A stretch of 32,000 bases of DNA, taken from contig NZ_CP146064.1 of assembly GCF_037013405.1 (NCBI RefSeq), forward strand, positions 772,254 through 804,253. The letters run 5' to 3'. The first letter of the stretch is position 1. Each line of letters starts with the position of its first letter. Positions 26,538 through 32,000 of the stretch are shown piece after piece. A model generated the notes under the pieces. The model saw only the letters and a list, made by a program, of their open reading frames with translations. It searched no databases and was not told the origin of the DNA. This DNA is from Candidatus Nanosynbacter sp. BB002. GTDB taxonomy: Bacteria > Patescibacteriota > Saccharimonadia > Saccharimonadales > Saccharimonadaceae. The position numbers were made by a program, and so were the translations under genes.

Positions 26538-27744
26538 CTATCACCTCACGAATCAGAATGCGCTCAACCTTCTTGTATGATTCGTCCCATGACAAATCTT
26601 TGACGCTTTCTGAAGCCTTTTTGGCATAGGTATTGATATTTTTGATCTCAACAACCTTACACAACTCATTAGCCAGTTCAATCGGTGAAGCCGCGGCGTA
26701 GTGGATGTATTTATTTTCACCCAAAACCAAGCTGTTGTTTTCGCCTTCGTTCATCACTGGGATACAACCAGCCGCCAGTAACTCGAGCGGCAGTAGCGAC
26801 ACGTTAGTAAGTGACAACACTAAGCACGCTTCAGACTCTTTGTACAGATCAGCCACGTCTTGGTGAGACAAGATACCGCGGTTGACATATGGAAATGGTA
26901 TTTGATAATTCGACACATCCCAACCAAAGAACTCAATGGTGTATTCTGGATGTTTTTTGTGGAATTTATCTAGTGCAATCACACCCAACTCAAAAGCGCG
27001 GCGCTCAGTCACTGGGCGGGCATAGAAACAAATTTTCTTTTGCTTGTCGGCTTTATCTGCCAGGCGGTAGATGTTCATGTCAGCACCAAAGTCAAAATAA
27101 TCCGCCTTCATGCCGTATTCGCTGACTTTCTTTGTCAGCCAACGACCAGCCGTAATGCCGTAAAAATTCATTTTGTACGTGTTTTCAGCCAACACCGCCT
27201 TTGACCCTAGCCCATAAAAGTACGGTTCAAAATCCTGCACAAAGTAAAACTTGTGTGCCTTAGTGTTGATGTTAAATACCGGGTAGGCCGTTTCCCATCC
27301 AGTAGCAATCAATGCGTCAGATTCAGTGTATTGTGACACTTTTTTTACGTCGACATCAAAATTGAAACTCTCTGATAAAATCGCCTTAGCTTCAGCTGGT
27401 GACTGTGGGTGAATTCCTTCATAGATGTAAAAAGTTACGTCGTGACCCTGTTCTTGCAAGAATCGAGCAAAACGAGTGATGGTGTTTTGTCCACCACTTC
27501 CTTTTGAAATAGGAGACAATACCCAACCAATTTTCAAAGACTTCTTTTTTGACTTTTTCTTTGGTGTTTTGTACGGGTGATTGATGTAGTCCGCGTTCAT
27601 GATGTCTTCAATTGAGGCCATAACTTCAATTGGCTGCTTGATGGCTGGCGCAGTCTTCTTCGACAGATATATTTGAGTTTTCCTGACAGCTTGGCCTAGC
27701 CCATTTTGCCTAGTGTAGGTGTAGAATTTGTACAGTTTACTCAT
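26530..27744 (-). CDS. WsaF-like GT-B (GT4-related) glycosyltransferase, likely a rhamnosyltransferase
   Basis: 404 aa with 'IGWVLSPISKGSGGQNTITRFARFLQEQGHDV', 'VQDFEPYFYGLGS' and 'LSLTNVSLLPLELLAAGCIPV'. The pattern matches my memory of the WsaF family. Confidence 0.6.
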   Translation of the reverse strand: MSKLYKFYTYTRQNGLGQAVRKTQIYLSKKTAPAIKQPIEVMASIEDIMNADYINHPYKTPKKKSKKKSLKIGWVLSPISKGSGGQNTITRFARFLQEQGHDVTFYIYEGIHPQSPAEAKAILSESFNFDVDVKKVSQYTESDALIATGWETAYPVFNINTKAHKFYFVQDFEPYFYGLGSKAVLAENTYKMNFYGITAGRWLTKKVSEYGMKADYFDFGADMNIYRLADKADKQKKICFYARPVTERRAFELGVIALDKFHKKHPEYTIEFFGWDVSNYQIPFPYVNRGILSHQDVADLYKESEACLVLSLTNVSLLPLELLAAGCIPVMNEGENNSLVLGENKYIHYAAASPIELANELCKVVEIKNINTYAKKASESVKDLSWDESYKKVERILIREVIGG

Positions 27745-28961
27745 GACTTTTTCTCCTTCTTACTTTTCACACTCATCCATGAACCACGTGTCTTCAGTAA
27801 ACCACCCCTCGGCTTATTTTCTCTCACATAAAACTGACTAATATCCTCCTCTGTCGTGTAAGCAATTGGCTCATACGAATCCTTTTTCTTATCATGAGCA
27901 AACAAGGTAGCCGTAATTTCAAAGTCACGGTTGTTAAACAGATCCAATGGCAGAGTATACTTATAAATATGCGTGCCTTTTTTACTGGAGGTTATTTCCA
28001 CATTATTATCATCGATAAAGAATCCGTCATCAATCACAGAAGTGATGCGATTTGAAGCTTCGTCCAAAATTGAAATACCAAATGACACTTGCCTATCTTC
28101 TGGAACAAAATATTTTACTTCAACTTCCAACGTGTCTTTCGGTGTTAACACCTTGTTTTCTACCCTTGTTTGAATATACGCAGTATTTTTCTTTGATTTC
28201 TTATCAGTTTTTGCTGTTGACTCTATATTTTCAATAGAATACAAGTTAGCAACTTCATTTGGATCACCCGAGGCAACGATTTTACCAGATTCCAGCATGA
28301 TAGCTTTATTGCAAAACCGTCGTACTGACGCCATGTCGTGAGTGACCAAGATAACAGTCTTTTTCTGTTTTTTGATCTGCTTGAAATATTCAAAACATTT
28401 ACGCTGAAAGGCTTCGTCACCGACGGCTAATACCTCGTCCAAGACGAGGATATCGGTATTAGCACGGATGGCAATTGAAAATGCCAAACGCACCTGCATA
28501 CCACTGGAATAGTTCTTCAGTTTTTGATCCATGAACTGTTCTAGTTCGGCAAAATCAACGATCTCGTCGTACATATTTTCAACTTCATCGTGCGAAAAGC
28601 CTAGCAATGCTCCGTTCAAATAGACGTTTTCCCGACCAGTCAATTCTGGGTTAAAACCAACACCAAGTTCAATGAACGGAATCAATTTACCATTAACAAT
28701 CACCTCTCCAGAGTCGGGCGAATAAATATCAGAAATCAGTTTTAACAGTGTAGATTTTCCACAACCGTTTCGTCCAACGATGCCGAAAAAGTCACCTTTT
28801 TCCACCGTAAACGAGATATCTTTTAGAACTTCTTGTTTTTTATAGCCCTTGACACCCTTAGTCCAGTTCAAAAATGCCTGCTTGATACCGTTTGCCTGCT
28901 CGGTTGGTAAATTAAAGCTCTTGTATAGATTCTTTACTTCTAGCGCATATTTACTCATCAC
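27741..28961 (-). CDS. Polysaccharide ABC-exporter ATPase (Wzt/TagH/RgpD-type) with a C-terminal beta-rich extension
   Basis: Motifs are Walker A 'GRNGCGKSTLLK', signature 'YSSGMQVRLAF', Walker B 'ILVLDEVLAVGD' and 'LVTHD'. About 150 extra C-terminal residues contain no TM segment. Confidence 0.85.
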   Translation of the reverse strand: MMSKYALEVKNLYKSFNLPTEQANGIKQAFLNWTKGVKGYKKQEVLKDISFTVEKGDFFGIVGRNGCGKSTLLKLISDIYSPDSGEVIVNGKLIPFIELGVGFNPELTGRENVYLNGALLGFSHDEVENMYDEIVDFAELEQFMDQKLKNYSSGMQVRLAFSIAIRANTDILVLDEVLAVGDEAFQRKCFEYFKQIKKQKKTVILVTHDMASVRRFCNKAIMLESGKIVASGDPNEVANLYSIENIESTAKTDKKSKKNTAYIQTRVENKVLTPKDTLEVEVKYFVPEDRQVSFGISILDEASNRITSVIDDGFFIDDNNVEITSSKKGTHIYKYTLPLDLFNNRDFEITATLFAHDKKKDSYEPIAYTTEEDISQFYVRENKPRGGLLKTRGSWMSVKSKKEKKS

Positions 28962-29767
28962 ATATTCTCCGCAAAGGTTTTGCTGCTTTTTCTGAAATAA
29001 ATAATACCAATAATGACAACAACCACCGTTAGTACAACAGGTATTAGACTAATCCAGATGTTATTTATTGTACTCCAAGTGGTCGGCGTCGTCTGTGGAG
29101 CGATAAGGCTATATCGGACATCTTGAATACTTTGTGCAATAGGATTGAGCATCATAACTTTTGCGACTTCTGGGTGAAAATTAGACACCAGGCTAAGTGG
29201 ATAAATGATTGGGATACTGTAAAAACATATCTGTAAAATCACATCCCAGATATGGCTAATATCACGGAATTTTACGTATAGTGTTGATAATATTAGCGAT
29301 ACACCAAGTGCCAAGATAAACAACTGAATGATGCTCAATGGCGCCAAAAGAGCCCTCCAAGTAAAGTCTACTCCAGAGATAAGTCCAAAGATTAGCACCA
29401 CAATCAAGTTGATCGACAGACTGATGAGCGCGCTGGACATTGACGAGATGATGATAATGTATTTCGGAAAGTTAATTTTACGCAGTAAGTCACCCCTACT
29501 AACGATGGCGTTCATACCAACTGAGGTAGCTTCGGTAAAAAATCCCCAAAGAGCAATACCTAAGAGTAAGACAATTGGATAGGTTTTTGTGCCGTCGGTA
29601 AACTTCAAAAATTTCACAAACACCAAATACATCACCAAAAACAGCAACAGTGGCTTCAGTACTGACCATAAGATTCCTAAAAATGAACCTTGATAGCGCA
29701 ATTTAAAATCAGTTTTTACTAATTCGAGTAAAATTACTCTGTTTCGTTTATTAAACAACTCCTGCAT
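28958..29767 (-). CDS. ABC-2-type polysaccharide exporter permease (Wzm/TagG/RgpC-type)
   Basis: 269 aa with 6 hydrophobic segments and 'DFKLRYQGSFLGILWSVLKPLL', the typical N-terminal motif. It has a 4-nt overlap with the ATPase gene. Confidence 0.85.
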   Translation of the reverse strand: MQELFNKRNRVILLELVKTDFKLRYQGSFLGILWSVLKPLLLFLVMYLVFVKFLKFTDGTKTYPIVLLLGIALWGFFTEATSVGMNAIVSRGDLLRKINFPKYIIIISSMSSALISLSINLIVVLIFGLISGVDFTWRALLAPLSIIQLFILALGVSLILSTLYVKFRDISHIWDVILQICFYSIPIIYPLSLVSNFHPEVAKVMMLNPIAQSIQDVRYSLIAPQTTPTTWSTINNIWISLIPVVLTVVVVIIGIIYFRKSSKTFAENM

Positions 29768-29779
29768 ATACCAAGTCCG

Positions 29780-29785
29780 ATTATA
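29780..29785 (-). promoter_or_regulatory. Candidate -10 box (TATAAT) upstream of the exporter permease gene
   Basis: A perfect TATAAT on the minus strand ends 12 nt before ATG 29767. The -35 is weak (TTAGCC at N17) and there is no clear SD. Confidence 0.3.
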
Positions 29786-29792
29786 CCGCTTT

Positions 29793-30251
29793 TTAATCTT
29801 TTAGGCTAATCACAAGTCGTCGATCGCGACCTTCGCCCTCTGAGTGAGTTTCTATGTCATTGAAATCATGTGCGGTGTGGTGTACCGTCCAGCGGTCAGC
29901 CGCGTTAAGATCCAACCTCTTAGGCTCGCCAGTGTCTCGGACTTCCTGAAACCAAGCGCGAGCTTTTTCAGCAAGTTTTTCAGCGTGCTGCTGCTTGTAG
30001 TCAGCGATATCTAGGTTAACTCGTTCCACTGCGGCATTGCTGTTGCGAAGCAGTGCTGAGAGTAAGTGTTGGATACTGCGCAACGTCTCAGCGCCGCGAC
30101 CAATCAGTAGGCTATTGTATTGCGTTGATGGAATCTTTACGATCAAAATATCGTCTTCGATGGACACTTCAGCCGTTATATTTAGGTCGAAAAAGGCCAT
30201 CAAATCCTCAACATATTTCTTGATGTAATCGATTGTTTGCTGCTGATCCAT
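29793..30251 (-). CDS. jag: Jag/KhpB-like RNA-binding protein (KH + R3H domains, no Jag_N domain)
   Basis: 152 aa with 'LLIGRGAETLRSIQHLL' (KH GxxG) and 'RWTVHHTAHDF...THSEGEGRDRRLVI' (R3H). It occupies the conserved position after yidC. Confidence 0.8.
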   Translation of the reverse strand: MDQQQTIDYIKKYVEDLMAFFDLNITAEVSIEDDILIVKIPSTQYNSLLIGRGAETLRSIQHLLSALLRNSNAAVERVNLDIADYKQQHAEKLAEKARAWFQEVRDTGEPKRLDLNAADRWTVHHTAHDFNDIETHSEGEGRDRRLVISLKD

Positions 30252-30263
30252 GATTATTCCTCC

Positions 30264-31196
30264 TTATTCCTTGGCCTTGATCCGGGTGATTTTTGCCTCA
30301 GTTGCTGTCGCTGCACGCCTACTTGCTTGAGATTTTTTGGAGTTTTTCTTTGACTTGCTTGGTGTTTTAGAAATAGTCTCCATCTCATCACTATCTCCCT
30401 TTAAGATGATGGCATTTTGCGCATATGCCGCAACGTTTGAGACGGTTAGATACAGTGCTAGGGCACCCGGTAGGTTGATGATCACGAAAAACATAAAGAT
30501 TGGCATAAATTTCATCATCTTGCGCATCACGATAGCATTGATCTCTGACTGATCTGCCTCTTTGCCTTCAGCAGCTTCTTGCATGATATCGCGCAATCGC
30601 TTCTTACTGTCGCTCGCTGGAGAAATTTGTTTAGTGGTCAAAAACTGCATCACCGCCGCCAACACAGCCAAAATTAGTAAACTCCAGGTAACACTACTGT
30701 TACTAACTGCGTGCTGTGTGAGGTCAACCATCCCCAAAAAGTTCTGATTGAGTTGATCTGGGTGAGCTACTAAATTGGATACTACTGGTAATTGTTCGAT
30801 AAAATCATATGCGTATTTAGCAAGGTCGCCGGTATGAACCCGGCTAGACACAAAGATTTGCACCACTCGGTAAATACCGATCAATACTGGCAGCTGAATC
30901 AAAAGCACGCCAATTGAACCAAACATGCTAATGTTGTGCTCTTTATATAATTCCATCATCGCAAGCGCTCGTGCCTGGCGATCATTCTTGTATTTGGCGT
31001 TAATTTTCGCCAGTTGCGGCTGCATTTTGCGCATCGCTTTTGTCTGATGTAGCTGTTTTTTAACCATTGGCCACAGCAGAAGACGGATGATGATAGTAAA
31101 GAGGATAATACTGACACCAAAGTCTGGAATTAAGCCGTAAATGGCCATTAAAATATTAAAAATTGGCTGTACAATCAGAACATCAAAAAAACTCAT
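30264..31196 (-). CDS. yidC: Membrane protein insertase YidC (short, Gram-positive type) with a basic C-terminal tail
   Basis: 310 aa with 'IVQPIFNILMAIY', 'RLLLWPMVKKQLHQTKAMRKMQPQL' and 'MPIFMFFVIINLPGALALY'. Synteny is rnpA-yidC-jag. Confidence 0.9.
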   Translation of the reverse strand: MSFFDVLIVQPIFNILMAIYGLIPDFGVSIILFTIIIRLLLWPMVKKQLHQTKAMRKMQPQLAKINAKYKNDRQARALAMMELYKEHNISMFGSIGVLLIQLPVLIGIYRVVQIFVSSRVHTGDLAKYAYDFIEQLPVVSNLVAHPDQLNQNFLGMVDLTQHAVSNSSVTWSLLILAVLAAVMQFLTTKQISPASDSKKRLRDIMQEAAEGKEADQSEINAIVMRKMMKFMPIFMFFVIINLPGALALYLTVSNVAAYAQNAIILKGDSDEMETISKTPSKSKKNSKKSQASRRAATATEAKITRIKAKE

Positions 31197-31221
31197 GCCT
31201 CACATTATATCAAAAAATATG

Positions 31222-31569
31222 TCATTTATACAGATTAGCCTGGGAGAATAGTCGTTTAACTTCGTTTTGAATACTCTTGTATTCCATGTGTAAAAAATCA
31301 GCCGTAACAATAATCAGCGCTATATCATGATTATCTTTAAGCATTGGCAGCTCAGCTCGAATCACCTCGTACACCCGTCGACGCACCCTATTACGGCGAA
31401 CGGCTGATTTGAGGACTTTTTTACTGATCACCACAGCAAATCGACTGTGTTTCCGGCGTGGATTGGTGATATATTTTACTGTCATTACACGAGACCTCAC
31501 AGCATCACCATTTTGATATAAATACCGTAAACTGCCGTGACCGTGAAATCTGTGACGATGCGTTAACAT
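31222..31569 (-). CDS. rnpA: RNase P protein component
   Basis: 115 aa and basic, with 'RFAVVISKKVLKSAVRRNRVRRRVYE' (the RNR motif region). It lies downstream of rpmH. Confidence 0.88.
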   Translation of the reverse strand: MLTHRHRFHGHGSLRYLYQNGDAVRSRVMTVKYITNPRRKHSRFAVVISKKVLKSAVRRNRVRRRVYEVIRAELPMLKDNHDIALIIVTADFLHMEYKSIQNEVKRLFSQANLYK

Positions 31570-31585
31570 TCTCTTAGTATACCAA

Positions 31586-31616
31586 ATACCACTCCGATAT
31601 ACATCAGGAGTGGTAT
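31586..31616 (-). promoter_or_regulatory. Perfect 10-bp-stem hairpin between rpmH and rnpA (candidate attenuator or processing site)
   Basis: ATACCACTCC (31586..31595) and GGAGTGGTAT (31607..31616) are separated by an 11-nt loop. On the transcript the hairpin is followed by UUGGUAUACUAAGAGA-AUG(rnpA), which is not a clean U-tract. Confidence 0.45.
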
Positions 31617-31643
31617 CAGATCATCGAGCGCACTAAGTATTAT

Positions 31644-31781
31644 TTACAGTGCAATCCGTGCACGACCTTTTAGGCGGCGTCGCTTCAAAACAGCGCGACC
31701 AGCCTTTGTAGAAACGCGTGCTCGAAAACCGTGCGTACGGGCACGATGACGTTTGTGTGGTTGAAATGTTCGCTTTGGCAT
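31644..31781 (-). CDS. rpmH: 50S ribosomal protein L34
   Basis: This ORF is too short for the track. Hand translation gives [45 protein letters not shown] (45 aa) followed by TAA. Confidence 0.93.
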   Translation of the reverse strand: MPKRTFQPHKRHRARTHGFRARVSTKAGRAVLKRRRLKGRARIAL

Positions 31782-31791
31782 ACTGGGTGAT

Positions 31792-31820
31792 AGTTTAGCG
31801 TTTTTTTGGTTTTTTTGCAA
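31792..31820 (-). promoter_or_regulatory. Candidate rpmH promoter
   Basis: The minus strand reads TTGCAA (31820..31815), N17, then TAAACT (31797..31792). The -10 box ends 10 nt before ATG 31781 and the gap contains no SD. Confidence 0.4.
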
Positions 31821-31833
31821 GTATCAATTGTAG

Positions 31834-31949
31834 TTTTCCACTGCTCGGTCTATTTTATCCACAATTATAACAGAGGTGACGTGTGCCTGTGGAAAAGTTT
31901 ACCTCTATTTTCAGTTTCTCTTCCATGAGATGTCTATGCTTGTGGAAAA
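31834..31949. other. oriC-type DnaA-box cluster (partial; continues beyond the window)
   Basis: TTATCCACA at 31855..31863 is a perfect consensus box. TTTTCCACT lies at 31834..31842. TGTGGAAAA (reverse complement TTTTCCACA) occurs at 31888..31896 and at 31941..31949. T-rich tracts lie at 31801..31816. The position next to rpmH is the classical one. Confidence 0.7.
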
Positions 31950-32000
31950 CTCTGTCTTTTTGCTATAGTACAGAGTAGATTATGTGTGAGGGGTTATAAC

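Noticed and set aside
31982-31999. ATG at 31982, considered as a possible dnaA start
   Set aside because: The frame reads ATG TGT GAG GGG TTA TAA, which is a 5-codon ORF. dnaA must start beyond the window.

Overview
This is 32 kb of a compact bacterial chromosome. Intergenic gaps are mostly under 60 bp, many genes have 1-4 nt start/stop overlaps, and TGA is used as a stop. The gene content is of the monoderm (Gram-positive) type. The right edge is the replication-origin neighbourhood: rpmH-rnpA-yidC-jag on the minus strand, then at least four DnaA-box 9-mers (31834..31949). dnaA itself would lie beyond the window. About 26 kb (2747..29767) is one very large cell-envelope polysaccharide locus. 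On the left it holds a GtrA-like protein, galE, an LCP ligase, a Wzy/O-antigen-ligase-like protein, a GT4, a WbaP/CpsE-type initiating phosphotransferase and a GT2. A plus-strand operon follows: rfbB-nudix-rfbC-rfbD-rfbA, a GtrB-like GT2 and a DUF2304-like gene. The remainder is on the minus strand, and its 16382..22517 part is visibly more AT-rich. It holds an SDR epimerase, GT2, GT8, a second RfbD paralogue, a Wzx flippase, a DUF2142/GT-C-like protein, a 774-aa secreted repeat protein with a 201-aa membrane-anchored partner, GT2, a WsaF-like GT and a Wzm/Wzt ABC exporter. The left edge (1..2645) is an AT-rich three-gene cassette. It encodes an ABC-type ATPase, an RloB/TOPRIM protein (AbiL/RloAB-like) and an unrecognised third ORF that is cut by the window edge and missing from the ORF track. 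This cassette is my best candidate for a novel (defence) system. One tRNA-Asn(GTT) and a regulator consisting only of a LexA-type DNA-binding domain lie between the cassette and the glycan locus. I saw no rRNA, CRISPR array, transposase or integrase. The compactness and gene content fit a reduced-genome monoderm lineage such as Saccharibacteria/CPR, but that is untested inference. All family calls rest on motifs I recognised by eye, not on searches.
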